A DNA stretch of 64,000 bases. Origin: Candidatus Saccharimonadales bacterium. GTDB taxonomy: Bacteria; Patescibacteriota; Saccharimonadia; Saccharimonadales; UBA4665. Below are positions 1 to 11,143 of the stretch, piece by piece. Location: assembly GCA_035510455.1 (NCBI GenBank), contig DATKHB010000027.1, forward strand, positions 373-64,372. Reading direction: 5' to 3'. The notes beneath the pieces are model-generated. The model did not search any database and had not been told where the DNA came from. It worked only from the letters and a program-made list of their open reading frames with translations. Position 1 is the stretch's first letter. Each line of letters begins with the position of its first letter. The position numbers were made by a program, and so were the translations under genes.

Positions 1-97
1 CTCTTAAAATTAGTGCAGTCCATTTGTTACCAATTATAGCCATAGCTCGCTCAATGCAGCCATCTTTTGCTTCTAGTGAAGAACAGAGTTTTTTCAT
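1..97 (-). CDS. HxlR-type winged-helix transcriptional regulator, N-terminal fragment (gene continues beyond window start)
   Basis: Minus-strand ATG at 97-95. Translation is MKKLCSSLEAKDGCIERAMAIIGNKWTALILR, which carries the C..x..IIG.KW..LIL signature typical of HxlR regulators. It is divergent from an FMN reductase, a common pairing. Not in the ORF track because it is truncated. Confidence 0.55.
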   Translation of the reverse strand, partial: MKKLCSSLEAKDGCIERAMAIIGNKWTALILR

Positions 98-175
98 ACT
101 TTACAAAATATAGTAGTACCTATATAATTCTTATTACTATATAAAGTATATCATAAGTAAGCAGGAGTATAGAAT

Positions 176-760
176 ATGAAAATAATTCTTATTATTGGCA
201 GCAGCCGGCCCGAAAGAAAGACTGAAAAATTTGCTAAATGGGTTGCAGACGGTATTAAATCCATGAATGGCGTTGAGCTCGAGACGGTTGATTTAAAGGA
301 GTATGATTTCCCAAACTTCAACGAGCCAATTTCACCCAGGTTTAACCCCGATCGAAAACCAGAACCTAAAGTCAAAGAATATCTAGACAAGCTAAACACG
401 GCCGATGCGTTTGTCATCGCTACGCCGGAATACAATCACTCTATCCCCGGAGTTTTAAAGAATGCCCTGGACTACGTCGATTGGCAATTTAACAAAAAGC
501 CAGTAGCGATTGTCTCCCATGGATCGGCAGGTGGAGCTCGCGCAACTGAACATCTTAAAGGGATTGTTTCTGAAATCAAAGGAGTAGCTATACCGGCCGG
601 CGTTGCTTTCACTGGTGCCAGTGAGTACATTGATGATAACGGTAAGCTTAACGAAGAGTTAAAAGCCAAGCCTTATGGCCCACAGACGGCTCTAGACGCT
701 ACGCTTAATGAGCTAATGTGGTATGGCTCGGCACTTGCTGAAGCGCGCTCCAAGGAATAA
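176..760 (+). CDS. NAD(P)H-dependent FMN reductase family protein
   Basis: 194 aa with the ATPEYNHSIPGVLKNALD motif and a flavodoxin-like N-terminus (MKIILIIGSSR). AGGAG Shine-Dalgarno (SD) sequence upstream. Confidence 0.8.
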   Translation: MKIILIIGSSRPERKTEKFAKWVADGIKSMNGVELETVDLKEYDFPNFNEPISPRFNPDRKPEPKVKEYLDKLNTADAFVIATPEYNHSIPGVLKNALDYVDWQFNKKPVAIVSHGSAGGARATEHLKGIVSEIKGVAIPAGVAFTGASEYIDDNGKLNEELKAKPYGPQTALDATLNELMWYGSALAEARSKE

Positions 761-783
761 AGCAAGATTCATCTATAGTATTT

Positions 784-811
784 TTGACAGATTGACTACT
801 CAGGCTATAAT
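784..811 (+). promoter_or_regulatory. sigma70-type promoter upstream of orn (TTGACA-16 nt-TATAAT)
   Basis: TTGACA at 784-789 and TATAAT at 806-811. The -10 ends 8 nt before the ATG at 820, with no SD in between. Confidence 0.5.
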
Positions 812-819
812 TGCCATCA

Positions 820-1371
820 ATGACAAAAATAACTGAACGGCCGACAAAATTGCTTTGGGTTGACCTAGAGATGACTGGGTTAGACCCAGTTCGCGACGTT
901 ATATTAGAAGTTGCCGCCGAAGTTACAGACTTTGATTTTAAAACTATCGCCAGCTACGAAGCTCATGTTCGCCATGACCGTGACCTGGTCGTTAAGAGGA
1001 TGCAAGAAAGCGCTGACTGGTGGAAAACAGTACCCGAAAACCGCGACGACTTCCTGAAACGCCTCGATGGTAGCAAGCCCAGTAAGCTGGTAGAGGAAGA
1101 ACTTATCGCTCTAGTCGATAAAAATTTTGGAGCTGAGCCAGCCATCATCGCTGGTAATTCTATCCATAACGACCGGAACTTTATCAAGCACTGGTGGCCA
1201 GCATTTGATCTGAAGTTGCACTATAGAATGCTCGATGTGAGCTCGCTAAAGATACTAATGCAGGGAAAATATCATACAGAATTCGAGAAAAACAATGCTC
1301 ATCGGGCTTTTGACGATATCCAGGCATCAATAGCTGAACTCCAATATTATCTCGAGTGGCTCAAGAAATGA
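820..1371 (+). CDS. orn: oligoribonuclease (DEDDh 3'-5' exonuclease)
   Basis: LLWVDLEMTGLDP, IAGNSIHNDRNF and HRAFDDI exonuclease motifs. The ORF track starts at TTG 811; the in-frame ATG at 820 is preferred. Confidence 0.85.
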   Translation: MTKITERPTKLLWVDLEMTGLDPVRDVILEVAAEVTDFDFKTIASYEAHVRHDRDLVVKRMQESADWWKTVPENRDDFLKRLDGSKPSKLVEEELIALVDKNFGAEPAIIAGNSIHNDRNFIKHWWPAFDLKLHYRMLDVSSLKILMQGKYHTEFEKNNAHRAFDDIQASIAELQYYLEWLKK

Positions 1372-1691
1372 ATCATAAGCAAGTAGAAGAATATATACTA
1401 GAATTTCCAAATGCCCGACTCGACTACCCGTTCGGCAAAGAAGCTGCCGTCTATAAGATTGAAGATAAGATGTTCGCTTTAATTGAAGAGGGCAGTGACC
1501 CTGTCAAAATAAGCCTAAAATGTGATCCTCAGCTATCAGATGTATTGCGTGAAAAATATGAAACCGTTATGCCGGGCTACCATCTAAATAAAAAACACTG
1601 GAATACTATAATTCTGAGCGGTCAGCTTAGTTTTAGCGAAGTACAAGATCTTATTAAGCACAGCTACCAGCTAGTAACCGGCCAAACTTAA
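1368..1691 (+). CDS. MmcQ/YjbR family DNA-binding protein
   Basis: YPFGKEAAVYKI..KMFALI...PGYHLNKKHWNTI pattern. The ATG at 1368 overlaps the orn stop (ATGA). The track ORF begins at GTG 1356. Confidence 0.7.
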   Translation: MNHKQVEEYILEFPNARLDYPFGKEAAVYKIEDKMFALIEEGSDPVKISLKCDPQLSDVLREKYETVMPGYHLNKKHWNTIILSGQLSFSEVQDLIKHSYQLVTGQT

Positions 1692-2314
1692 GAACTACCT
1701 AAATCTTTGGCAGAAATATTAGCCTGATCAATTAGAGTCTGAGCTGTTTCATATTCCGCATTAAGTATTTGGCGTTGAGTGGGAGTCGAGGACTGCTCGA
1801 AAGTTTGCTTTATGCTACCGGAGTAGCTAGATAACAGGTTTTGTATTATTTGGATAAATACATTGTCATAGTCTCCGGCGTTGGTGGCACTACTCAGCTG
1901 ATTGGTTGTAGAAGCGCTGTTATCGGCGGTCAAGGTATTAGCGCCAACCGACTTACCGTGACTCTTTAGGTAGCTAAGGAGCGCTTGCTGGCTAGTCGTT
2001 AAGCTTAGATCGATGTTAATCGCTAAATTTTGGGTAGAGGGCTGAACGGCATTATTAGCGGCTTTGCTACTGAGCTGAATTAACTCGTTTTGCTGTTCTG
2101 CTATCGAAGTTAGGCTAGCAGCATTAGGCGTGCCGCCAATGAAAGAGGCTCCAATGATTATCAGAATGATCAGTAGCAACCCGCCACCACCGACTATTAT
2201 GACGCGCTGCTTAAAGGACCTATTACTGCTCAGTAACGGTTGTTTACCAGGACCAGGATTATTTTTTAGGAAGAAATCATAGGGATTGGACTGGTCGTGA
2301 TTATCTGGAGACAT
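1688..2314 (-). CDS. hypothetical membrane-anchored protein
   Basis: 208 aa with one N-terminal transmembrane (TM) helix (VIIVGGGGLLLIILIIIGASFIG), then a Ser/Thr/Gln-rich extracytoplasmic part. No recognisable family. Confidence 0.5.
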   Translation of the reverse strand: MSPDNHDQSNPYDFFLKNNPGPGKQPLLSSNRSFKQRVIIVGGGGLLLIILIIIGASFIGGTPNAASLTSIAEQQNELIQLSSKAANNAVQPSTQNLAINIDLSLTTSQQALLSYLKSHGKSVGANTLTADNSASTTNQLSSATNAGDYDNVFIQIIQNLLSSYSGSIKQTFEQSSTPTQRQILNAEYETAQTLIDQANISAKDLGSS

Positions 2315-2376
2315 AGCACTTATTTAATCATAAGTAACTTCATGCCCCAAAGCTTATCTGTCGTACAATATGAAGG

Positions 2377-4131
2377 ATGGATGCTGTTGAAGACATAAAG
2401 GGCCGGTTGGCGATTGAAGACGTTGTCGGTGAATATTTAGAACTCAAACGAGCGGGTAGAAATTGGCGTGGTCTAAGCCCGTTTAACAGCGAAAAAACCC
2501 CGAGCTTTATGGTCAGCCCAGAAAAACAAATTTGGCATGACTTTAGTTCCAATAAGGGCGGGAATATGTTTAGTTTCGTAATGGAAATGGAAGGCCTGGA
2601 TTTCAAAGGCGCATTAGAGCTTCTAGCCCGTAAAGCCGGCATTAACTTAAGCGATTATCAAAACAGCAACACGCGGGATCAAAGCCAGCTTAAAGAGCGA
2701 TTATTTAGCGTGCTTGAACTCGCTACGAAGTTTTATCAGATCCAGTTTAGTAAAAACCGCCAGGCTCTGGAGTATATCTTAAAGACGCGGCAATTTAGTA
2801 AGCAAACCGCTCTGGAGTGGAAGATAGGTTATTCACCCGCGGATGGAACGTCTCTAGGTGACTTTTTGCGCCGCCAGAAGATAAGCGACCAAGATATTAA
2901 GCAAGCCGGGCTGAGTACTGCCTACGGAGGCAGGAAGCCACAGGATATGTTTAGAGGGCGAGTTATGTTTCCTCTCCAAGACCCATTTGGCAGGGTTATT
3001 GGATTTACGGCTAGACTTTTTAGCGAAAGTGCTTCAGGCCCGAAATACATAAATACACCCCAGACCATTCTGTATGATAAATCAAGACACGTTTTTGGTC
3101 TTCATTTAGCAAAAGAGGCCATCCGGAAAAATAATTTCGTTGTTCTTACCGAGGGTAACTTAGATGTCATCACCAGCCACCAGCTCGGCGTCCGTCAGGT
3201 AGTAGCTACTGCCGGTACGGCAATGACAGAACAAAATCTTAAGGCGCTCCGACGTTTTACCAGTGATGTTCGTCTATGCTTTGACTCTGATGATGCTGGG
3301 GTAGCGGCCACCATAAGGGCAATACCGATTGCTAGTAAGGTTGATGTGTCTCTAAGCGTAATTGATTTGAAAGACGCTAAAGATCCCGATGAGCTTATAA
3401 AGAAAAATTCTGAGGCTTGGGAGAAAGCCATTAACCAGCCTGAATACGCTGTCGACTGGATAATAAAACATTACCAGCAGAAATTTGATATAACTTCCGC
3501 CCAAGGCAAGAAAATGTATAGCGACACCATCATACCCATCATTAAGAATCTAAACGATCAAATCGAACAAGAACACTATATTAAAAAAATTGCCCGTTTG
3601 TTAGACGTCAGTCAAGATGCTTTAGAATCGAAAATGCAACTTGGCAATAAGCCCACGCATCGCTATAAGGCTCACCAGACGAGCCCGGATGCAGATACGG
3701 ATAATCTCGAGACCATCAAAGCCCAGGATCGTCTACTAGCTTTGACGCTTATGCAACCAAAACTACGTGATTTTATTCTACCGATGAAACAGGAGATGCT
3801 GCCTTCGGCTGATGCTCGCAAATTTCTGCAATTTCTCAAAGCAAACCCAGATTTTGCAGGCGACGTAAACGCTCTGCCGGCGTTGCAGACACTCGCTGAT
3901 TATGTTAAAATTCTATCATTACAATATGAGACTCTCTATCAAGATATTGATATCTTAGAGTTGCGATATGAGGCAGCGCGCCTCCAAACTCGTCTGATAG
4001 AGCATTATGTGAAGAACCAAAAACGTCAATTAGTCATTGAAATGCAATCTGCCAACGAAACAAAAACAGATACCTTGCTTGAGAAAGTGAAAAATCTAGA
4101 CAAATTATTAAATAATACAAGGGAGGCTTAA
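2377..4131 (+). CDS. dnaG: DNA primase
   Basis: N-terminal primase region ([24 protein letters not shown]) and Toprim domain ([16 protein letters not shown]). Followed by rpoD, the classic operon order. Confidence 0.9.
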   Translation: MDAVEDIKGRLAIEDVVGEYLELKRAGRNWRGLSPFNSEKTPSFMVSPEKQIWHDFSSNKGGNMFSFVMEMEGLDFKGALELLARKAGINLSDYQNSNTRDQSQLKERLFSVLELATKFYQIQFSKNRQALEYILKTRQFSKQTALEWKIGYSPADGTSLGDFLRRQKISDQDIKQAGLSTAYGGRKPQDMFRGRVMFPLQDPFGRVIGFTARLFSESASGPKYINTPQTILYDKSRHVFGLHLAKEAIRKNNFVVLTEGNLDVITSHQLGVRQVVATAGTAMTEQNLKALRRFTSDVRLCFDSDDAGVAATIRAIPIASKVDVSLSVIDLKDAKDPDELIKKNSEAWEKAINQPEYAVDWIIKHYQQKFDITSAQGKKMYSDTIIPIIKNLNDQIEQEHYIKKIARLLDVSQDALESKMQLGNKPTHRYKAHQTSPDADTDNLETIKAQDRLLALTLMQPKLRDFILPMKQEMLPSADARKFLQFLKANPDFAGDVNALPALQTLADYVKILSLQYETLYQDIDILELRYEAARLQTRLIEHYVKNQKRQLVIEMQSANETKTDTLLEKVKNLDKLLNNTREA

Positions 4132-4132
4132 T

Positions 4133-5254
4133 ATGATTCGCGGAAAAAAGCGAGCTGCAAACGCTCCACATGATGCCGAGAATGTTAAACAGCAGTTACT
4201 GGCTAAGGCTCGTAAGGATGGGAAGATTGACCAACAGGAAATTCTTGATGCAATTCCTGAGAAGCCGGAAAATGTTGAAATACTCAATAGTTTATACACC
4301 GAGCTAGCTGACTCAAATATAGAAGTCACAGCTCCAGAACCCGACACTGGAACATTTGATGATGCCTGGGTGTTAGAAGACAACGAGGAGGTGGTACTAG
4401 ATGATCAGACGTATCTCGATGATATAGCTGATGACTCAGTGCGACTTTACCTGAGAGAAATAGGTAAGATACCGCTTCTTAATGCCGAAGAGGAGCTAGC
4501 CCTAGCTCAAAGGGTGGTTAAGGGCGACAAAGATGCTAAAGATAAAATGGCTGAAGCCAATATGCGTTTAGTAGTCTCGATTGCTAAGCGATATGTAGGA
4601 AGAGGCCTAGATCTGCTTGATCTGATCCAGGAAGGTAACACCGGGCTACTAAGGGCAGTAGAGAAGTTCGATCCCGACAAAGGATTTAAGTTTTCTACGT
4701 ATGCCACTTGGTGGATACGCCAGGCAATAACTCGAGCTATCGCCGACCAGGCTAGGACCATTAGAATCCCAGTACATATGGTGGAAACCATTAACAAACT
4801 GCTTCGTACCCAGCGTCGATTGACCCAAGAATTGAATCGTGAGCCGACTAATGAAGAAATTGCTCAAGCCATGGAGATCGATATCGATAAAGTCGAGCAC
4901 ATCATGAAAATCAAACAAGACATCTCAAGTCTGGATGCCAGTATCCGTGATGACGAAGAAGAGTCGGTTTTAGCTGATTTTATAGAAGACGAAGATACCA
5001 TTAGCCCTGAAGAATCAGCCACCAGCCAGCTCCTTAAAGAACAAGTTAAAGATATGCTTTCGGCCTTAACAGAACGTGAGCAAAAGATACTTAAACTTCG
5101 TTTTGGCTTGGAAGATGGGAAACAGCATACTCTAGAAGAAGTCGGCCAGGAATTTAGCGTTACCCGTGAGCGTATCAGACAGATTGAAGCTAAGGCTCTA
5201 GCAAAACTTCGAAAACATAAAGACGCTAGAAAACTTCACGACTATATTAAATAA
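4133..5254 (+). CDS. rpoD: RNA polymerase primary sigma factor
   Basis: Regions 2-4 are present ([53 protein letters not shown]). Confidence 0.92.
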   Translation: MIRGKKRAANAPHDAENVKQQLLAKARKDGKIDQQEILDAIPEKPENVEILNSLYTELADSNIEVTAPEPDTGTFDDAWVLEDNEEVVLDDQTYLDDIADDSVRLYLREIGKIPLLNAEEELALAQRVVKGDKDAKDKMAEANMRLVVSIAKRYVGRGLDLLDLIQEGNTGLLRAVEKFDPDKGFKFSTYATWWIRQAITRAIADQARTIRIPVHMVETINKLLRTQRRLTQELNREPTNEEIAQAMEIDIDKVEHIMKIKQDISSLDASIRDDEEESVLADFIEDEDTISPEESATSQLLKEQVKDMLSALTEREQKILKLRFGLEDGKQHTLEEVGQEFSVTRERIRQIEAKALAKLRKHKDARKLHDYIK

Positions 5255-5807
5255 AACTGATCCGTTGCAATATCTTGTCTAACTTGGTCATTAGCTCTTC
5301 AGCCGTTGTCTCGTTGACTATCGTATAGTCAGCGTTTGCTATAGGACCGCCTTTTTCCAAGTTCTCAATTTCAGCATATTCTCTAGTGCTTATTTCTTGA
5401 TCCGTAAGGGGTCTTTCTGGCCGATTGGCTAGACGCTCATGCCTGACGTTTCTTGGAGCGGCTATTGCTATAAAACATACCTTGTCGCCAAAGTGATTCT
5501 TAAATTCCTTATACTCGGACCAGCTATATAGCCCGTCGGCTACAACTCTGCTATTTGTCTTAAGGAGCTCATCTATCTCTGGGATTATGCGTTTAGCCAG
5601 GGCGCCCAAACCCTCTTTCTCTCTGAATTCCTCGCGAACAATTTTCTCGTGTTCCTCACTGGTCTTCCCGTATCGCCTAACAGTCTCTTTTACGACTATA
5701 CCACCGAAATAGACTGAAGGGATACTCTTAGCTTCCAGATAACTTACGCAAGAACTTTTACCTGCGCCAGGCATACCAACGAAAACGACAACAGCAGTCT
5801 TTTGCAT
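5247..5807 (-). CDS. P-loop nucleotide kinase-like protein (dephospho-CoA kinase / UPF0200-like)
   Basis: Walker A motif GMPGAGKSS at the N-terminus; 186 aa. Its 3' end overlaps the rpoD 3' end by 8 nt (convergent genes). Confidence 0.5.
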   Translation of the reverse strand: MQKTAVVVFVGMPGAGKSSCVSYLEAKSIPSVYFGGIVVKETVRRYGKTSEEHEKIVREEFREKEGLGALAKRIIPEIDELLKTNSRVVADGLYSWSEYKEFKNHFGDKVCFIAIAAPRNVRHERLANRPERPLTDQEISTREYAEIENLEKGGPIANADYTIVNETTAEELMTKLDKILQRISFI

Positions 5808-5875
5808 TACAATAGTGTACTAAATGATCGATAAATTATTAAATAGGACTAAGCCTGTTGGTTTATACTGAATTT

Positions 5876-8542
5876 ATGAAGGAGTCAACACCGAGGAAAC
5901 GGTTTGCAATTATTGATGGTAAAAGTGTCTTTTATCGCGGTTATTATGCAATGCCCGATCTTAGTACAAACGATGGTACTCCAACTGGTGGAGTTTTCGG
6001 GTTTTCGGTCATGGCTCTGGAAGTCATCAAGCGTCTTAAGCCCGATTATGTAGCGGTCGCCTGGGACAAGCCGAAGACTAATATACGCAAGCGCTTAGCT
6101 CTATATCCACAGTATAAAGCTGGACGAAAACCTGCTCCACCGGATTTTTATACTCAGATACCGATACTTCATGAAGTGCTGGTGGCTTTTGGATGGCCCC
6201 TATATGAACTTGATGACTACGAGGCTGACGATATTATGGGGACGCTTGCTAAACAGGCTCAGGAAAAAAATATCGAAACACTTTTAATAACCTCTGACCT
6301 GGACGTTTTACAGTTAGTCGGGCCCCTAACTAAAGCCTACCTGTTAAAAAAAGGATTGAGCAATATAGAACTTTATAGCCCCGAAAGCTTCGAGGCAAAA
6401 TATACCATTAAAGCCGACCAGTTTTTAGACCTAAAGGCCTTAAAAGGGGATAGCTCGGACAATATTCCTGGTGTCCCGGGGATTGGCGAGAAAACAGCTA
6501 TCCAATTACTTAAAGAATACAAGACACTAGACGGTGTATATCAGAACCTTGATCTCATCTCGAATTCTGTTAAGAAAAAATTAGAAGACAATAAAGAGCT
6601 AGCATACTTAAGTAAAAAAATAGGTGCTATCTGGACCGATGCACCTATCAAGTTGAAAATCAGCGAGATTGACGGCAGTACTTGTAATCCCAAGCTCATC
6701 CAAAGTATTTTTCAGAAACTAGAGTTTCGAACTCTAGCACGCCAACTGCCAGAAATCATGCAAGTAGATATTTCTGATGATCCAACGCTAGCTACTTACC
6801 AATCGGCCAAGAATATTTCTAATAAAGTTATAGATTCAGATAAAAAATTAGATGACTTTGAGTTACCGCCGACCAAAGAACTTATTATTCATAGCCGCTC
6901 AGCAGATTCTCACGGACGGCGGCCTTTACTTCTGATAATCTCGCCTAAGCCGGGGACGGTCTATACCTTTGATCTAAGCAAGCTGGACGCTAAGGCGCTT
7001 GGCGCCAAGCTTAAATCAGTCCTAGAAGACCCCAAAATTGGCAAAGTTGGCTACGACCTTAAGTATTCAATCGAGGTTTTGTTAAGTATAGGTATTGAAA
7101 TGTACCCAGTGGCTCACGACGTCTTAATCGCCGCCTTTATCCTAAATAGCCTGAGGCGCGAGCAGACACTGACTGAACTTGCTCAATCTGACTTAGGTTA
7201 CCGAGGATCGTCACTGGACGAACTATCAGAAAAAGAGCTTCAGGACCGAGCTGGAGAAGTAACCGACATCATAAACAAGCTCTTCAAACAACAAACCGAC
7301 CAACTGTCCAAAATTCCTAAACTTCCAGAATTAGCCGAGAAGATTGACTGGCCAGTTATACCAGTATTAGCTCATATGGAATATGCTGGCATAAAACTTG
7401 ATGTTGGATACCTAAATAGGTTTTCCGAAGAAGTCGATGACCTTATTTCTGATCTCGAGCAACAGATCTATGGCTATGCCAACAGGGAATTTAATATCGG
7501 ATCGCCCCAGCAGCTGGCAGAAATCCTGTTTGACGTTTTAGAGCTATCAAAAGCCGGCATTAAAAAAGGTAAGAACGGCTTTAGCACTGCCGCCCGTGAA
7601 CTTGATAAATTGAGAGGGACTCATCCGATAATTGATCTAATCACTCAATATCGAGAAGTCACTAAACTTAAGAACACTTATATTGATAGCCTGCCAAAAT
7701 TAGTTGATGAAAACAGTCGCGTTCATACTAGTTTTAATCTTACAATTGCCCAAACCGGGCGATTAAGCTCAACTGACCCGAATCTCCAGAATATTCCGGT
7801 TAGAACCGAGCTAGGGAAGAGAATTCGTACAGCCTTTATCGCCGGTGATGGCCATAAGCTCGTGAGCGCCGATTATTCGCAGTTTGAACTCCGTTTAGCG
7901 GCCGTTTTGGCCAAGGACCAAGATCTAATAGATCTATTTAATCAAGACGCAGACATTCACACTACTACGGCTGCACAAATTTACAACCGAGAACCTGAAG
8001 ATGTGACCAAACAGATGCGGCGGGCTGCTAAGGTAGTTAACTTTGGTGTTTTGTACGGTATGAGCTCGCACGGATTAAGCGCAGCCACCGGCATGAGTTA
8101 CGATCAGTCCAGCCATTTCATTGAAAATTTTTTCGAGCTTCGTAAACCACTACTCGATTATCTAAATAAACTTAAAGAACGGGCCAAAAAAGACGGCTAT
8201 ATAGCGGACATGTTTGGCCGTAGGCGGCCAATGCCGGACATACACTCCAGTAACTTTGTAGTACGATCAGCAGCCGAAAGAGCTGCCATAAATATGCCAA
8301 TACAAGGGACTGAAGCTGATTTGATGAAGCTAGCAATGACCGATGTATATAAAAAAATGTCTGGTGAGTTTCCAAAAGCCGTTATGCTACTACAGATTCA
8401 CGATTCGATTTTAGTTGAGTGCCTGAGCGAGGACGCCGGTAACGTAGCTGCCTTGCTTAAGAAATCAATGGAGGGTATCTACAAACTTCCGGTTAAACTC
8501 ACTGTTGATACTTACATTGGTGATAATTGGGGAGAGTTATAG
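5876..8542 (+). CDS. polA: DNA polymerase I
   Basis: 5'-nuclease domain, 3'-5' exonuclease-like domain and polymerase motifs (DYSQFELRLAA, RRAAKVVNFGVLYGMS, QIHDSILVE). The ATG at 5876 is preferred over the track TTG at 5858. Confidence 0.92.
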   Translation: MKESTPRKRFAIIDGKSVFYRGYYAMPDLSTNDGTPTGGVFGFSVMALEVIKRLKPDYVAVAWDKPKTNIRKRLALYPQYKAGRKPAPPDFYTQIPILHEVLVAFGWPLYELDDYEADDIMGTLAKQAQEKNIETLLITSDLDVLQLVGPLTKAYLLKKGLSNIELYSPESFEAKYTIKADQFLDLKALKGDSSDNIPGVPGIGEKTAIQLLKEYKTLDGVYQNLDLISNSVKKKLEDNKELAYLSKKIGAIWTDAPIKLKISEIDGSTCNPKLIQSIFQKLEFRTLARQLPEIMQVDISDDPTLATYQSAKNISNKVIDSDKKLDDFELPPTKELIIHSRSADSHGRRPLLLIISPKPGTVYTFDLSKLDAKALGAKLKSVLEDPKIGKVGYDLKYSIEVLLSIGIEMYPVAHDVLIAAFILNSLRREQTLTELAQSDLGYRGSSLDELSEKELQDRAGEVTDIINKLFKQQTDQLSKIPKLPELAEKIDWPVIPVLAHMEYAGIKLDVGYLNRFSEEVDDLISDLEQQIYGYANREFNIGSPQQLAEILFDVLELSKAGIKKGKNGFSTAARELDKLRGTHPIIDLITQYREVTKLKNTYIDSLPKLVDENSRVHTSFNLTIAQTGRLSSTDPNLQNIPVRTELGKRIRTAFIAGDGHKLVSADYSQFELRLAAVLAKDQDLIDLFNQDADIHTTTAAQIYNREPEDVTKQMRRAAKVVNFGVLYGMSSHGLSAATGMSYDQSSHFIENFFELRKPLLDYLNKLKERAKKDGYIADMFGRRRPMPDIHSSNFVVRSAAERAAINMPIQGTEADLMKLAMTDVYKKMSGEFPKAVMLLQIHDSILVECLSEDAGNVAALLKKSMEGIYKLPVKLTVDTYIGDNWGEL

Positions 8543-8591
8543 TAGTCGCCCTCAAATAAATTTACCGGACTACTATTACACTTAACACAAA

Positions 8592-9293
8592 ATGAAGAGG
8601 GAAATTGAAATAAAATACCTGCTAAAAAATGAGCTGGAGCGGAATAAACTAGTCGCAAACCTTCAAAATAAGTACCCAAAGCTTATACATAAAGGTCCTC
8701 AACCCATAAAAAGCTATTATTACGAGAATAACCCCACTAAGAAACAGGTGCTGAGAGCCGCCTCTGTCTTGTTAAATGAGAAAGAAAGAATAGAAGAACT
8801 AGAAAACGTAATTAATAACAGCGAGGAATTTGTGGTTAGATGCCGCTCACTTAGTGACAACGTCTCCTTTGCGGTTAAGGGGGCTTCGGCCGGCAAAGAT
8901 CCCTTGCACGCTGAAAACAGACTGGAGTTCGAAGCTCCATTACTTAAAAGTCTGGACGAAGTAAACCGTATATTTCAGGAAGCAGGGCTAAAAATCGTTT
9001 CCAGATGGTCAGGCGTTAGGGATTCGTATTCGCTTGACGGCACAATAAACGCGGAACTAGAATTCATGTCTGGTTATGGTTATAAGGTGGAGCTTGAAAT
9101 CCTGATCAATGACGGTGAATCTATAAGTTCTGCAACTGAAAAATTAAATGAGCTTGCGAAGGTGCTAGTTCTGGTTAAAGCTAAAGCCGGATTGCTTGCT
9201 AATATGTACGAATACTATAACGCAAATTGGCAGCAATATTTTGATACCTCCAAAGTGTTTAATGATAAAACCTGGAAAACACTTGGGAGATAA
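8592..9293 (+). CDS. CYTH-like domain protein
   Basis: N-terminal EIEIKYLL matches the ExExK signature of CYTH (CyaB/ThTPase) domains. The rest is unassigned. Confidence 0.4.
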   Translation: MKREIEIKYLLKNELERNKLVANLQNKYPKLIHKGPQPIKSYYYENNPTKKQVLRAASVLLNEKERIEELENVINNSEEFVVRCRSLSDNVSFAVKGASAGKDPLHAENRLEFEAPLLKSLDEVNRIFQEAGLKIVSRWSGVRDSYSLDGTINAELEFMSGYGYKVELEILINDGESISSATEKLNELAKVLVLVKAKAGLLANMYEYYNANWQQYFDTSKVFNDKTWKTLGR

Positions 9294-9393
9294 ACCAACA
9301 CACATGGCGTGAAGTTAATATCCTGTTAGATAGTTGTAAAATTAAACAATATATGATATTATATCGACTGTAATAAGGTAGGTTTATAGATAC

Positions 9394-9960
9394 ATGCGTT
9401 TTATCATCGGGCTACTTATAGCGATAGGTCTAATTGTGCTTGTATTTGTATTGATCTTAAAAAGTTTTGGTAGCCATAATACCAGTCCAAACATTCCACA
9501 GCCACTAACATCGTATTCCAGCACTAATACTCAAGTGGAGATGACTATCACTGGCCCAATAGTTAATGATCAAAATTACCAGTCGGTCCAAGTTATAGTT
9601 GGCCAGAGCCAGGCTCAGATTAATGTTCTGCAGGGCTATTTGGGGACGGTTACGACCACCAAGTCATATCCAAATAATCAAACTGCCTATCTATATTTTC
9701 TAAGTGCGTTGGAAAATGCCGGTTATACTGATGGGACTTCAAACGCAAGGCCTAACTCAATTCTTGGACTTTGTCCATTCGGCGAGCATTATCAGCTTGA
9801 AGTTAATAAGGGCAGTTCTACGGTGCAGAATTATTGGGCTGATTCATGTAACGACAAAGCAGAGACCTTCAAGGGTAATATAAACTCTGTAATCCAATTG
9901 TTTACGAATCAGATACCAGAGTATAGTCAGATTACTCAAAACATTACTTTCGTACAGTAA
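9394..9960 (+). CDS. hypothetical membrane-anchored protein
   Basis: 188 aa with an N-terminal TM helix (FIIGLLIAIGLIVLVFVLIL). AAGGTAGG SD upstream. Confidence 0.5.
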   Translation: MRFIIGLLIAIGLIVLVFVLILKSFGSHNTSPNIPQPLTSYSSTNTQVEMTITGPIVNDQNYQSVQVIVGQSQAQINVLQGYLGTVTTTKSYPNNQTAYLYFLSALENAGYTDGTSNARPNSILGLCPFGEHYQLEVNKGSSTVQNYWADSCNDKAETFKGNINSVIQLFTNQIPEYSQITQNITFVQ

Positions 9961-9991
9961 GTTATCCTGACTTAAGAGTTGCCCAACGGTC

Positions 9992-10237
9992 CTATCCAAT
10001 ATCGCCAGTACGGAACACTAGTTTTTTATCGGTGTGAGCGGCTGACTGCAGTTGCCTGGTGTTAAGACGCAGTGCATTCGCTAATGATGAGCTGGGAGCG
10101 GTTATTATTATCGTAGACTTTTGAGAAACGACCATCACTGAGCTATTAAAGTTGTTTTTGACGTATTTTCTTATGGCGTTATTCTCTGGCGGCTCGGATA
10201 CTTGCTTGTTGCTTAAAATATCGTTGATAGAATCCAT
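9992..10237 (-). CDS. small hypothetical protein, possibly DUF721/DciA-like
   Basis: 81 aa. The segment IIITAPSSSLANALRLNTRQLQ resembles the DUF721 core as I remember it. Weak call. Confidence 0.3.
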   Translation of the reverse strand: MDSINDILSNKQVSEPPENNAIRKYVKNNFNSSVMVVSQKSTIIITAPSSSLANALRLNTRQLQSAAHTDKKLVFRTGDIG

Positions 10238-10267
10238 TACCCTATTATAGCTGATACAATATGAGTT

Positions 10268-11143
10268 ATGCCGGAGTTACCAGAGGTAGAAACTATTAGA
10301 AATGGCCTAAATAAATTATTAATTGGCCGTCAAATATCCAAGGTTGATTATGATTGGGACAAAAGTTTTCCCAATTCTACCGAGGATGTGGCCCGCTTTT
10401 TAATTGGCTCACGCGTAATTAGTATTAGTCGTCGGGCTAAAGTTCTGATTATTGATCTTGATAGCAGATACAGTTTAGTTATTCATTTAAAAATGACTGG
10501 TCAGTTAGTGTTTCGCGGTGAACAAAATTTCGGCGCTGGCCACCCAACGAAATCATTAGTTGAGGCCTTACCAGATAGATCAACGCGCGTGACTTTTGGA
10601 TTTAGCGATAGCAGTAAGCTGTTTTTTAACGACCAGCGAAAATTTGGCTGGGTACGCCTGTTGCCAACTGCTGAAGTCCCAAACATTGATTTTATGAAGA
10701 AACTGGGACCCGAACCGCTATCGGCTGATTTTACCCCACACCAGTTCATTAGCCGTCTACGGCGCCGTCCTAAAAGCAATATAAAGGCGGTTCTACTAGA
10801 TCAGAATATTATCGCTGGGGTTGGTAATATTTACGCTGATGAATCACTATGGGGAGCTCGTATTCATCCCCAGACACTAGTGGCCACTTTATCTGAGCAG
10901 AAAATGAAAGATTTATTTAAGGAGTTACGGTTTGTGCTTAATCTGTCTATTGAAAAAGGCGGCTCTACTGATCGCAATTATGTTGATGCCGAAGGCAAGA
11001 AGGGCAGTTATCTAAGCTTTGCTAGAGTATTCAGACGTGAAGGCCAGCCGTGTCCCCGTTGTTCAGAAAAGATTATTAAAATCAGGGTTGTGGGGCGCGG
11101 GACTCACCTATGTCCTCGTTGCCAGAAAGTGCGGAAACCATGA
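10268..11143 (+). CDS. mutM: formamidopyrimidine-DNA glycosylase
   Basis: MPELPEVE N-terminus, H2TH region, and C-terminal zinc finger CPRC..(17)..CPRC. Confidence 0.9.
   Translation: MPELPEVETIRNGLNKLLIGRQISKVDYDWDKSFPNSTEDVARFLIGSRVISISRRAKVLIIDLDSRYSLVIHLKMTGQLVFRGEQNFGAGHPTKSLVEALPDRSTRVTFGFSDSSKLFFNDQRKFGWVRLLPTAEVPNIDFMKKLGPEPLSADFTPHQFISRLRRRPKSNIKAVLLDQNIIAGVGNIYADESLWGARIHPQTLVATLSEQKMKDLFKELRFVLNLSIEKGGSTDRNYVDAEGKKGSYLSFARVFRREGQPCPRCSEKIIKIRVVGRGTHLCPRCQKVRKP

Noticed and set aside
5247-5254. 8-nt overlap of the convergent rpoD and kinase-like gene 3' ends
   Set aside because: This is consistent with the tight packing seen throughout the window and carries no evident regulatory meaning.
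11110-11143. Possibility of an alternative genetic code (UGA read as an amino acid, as in some CPR lineages)
   Set aside because: TGA terminates mutM, orn, pilM, the pilO-like gene and others exactly where homologues end, often as ATGA start/stop overlaps. No conserved gene needs read-through. The standard code 11 fits.
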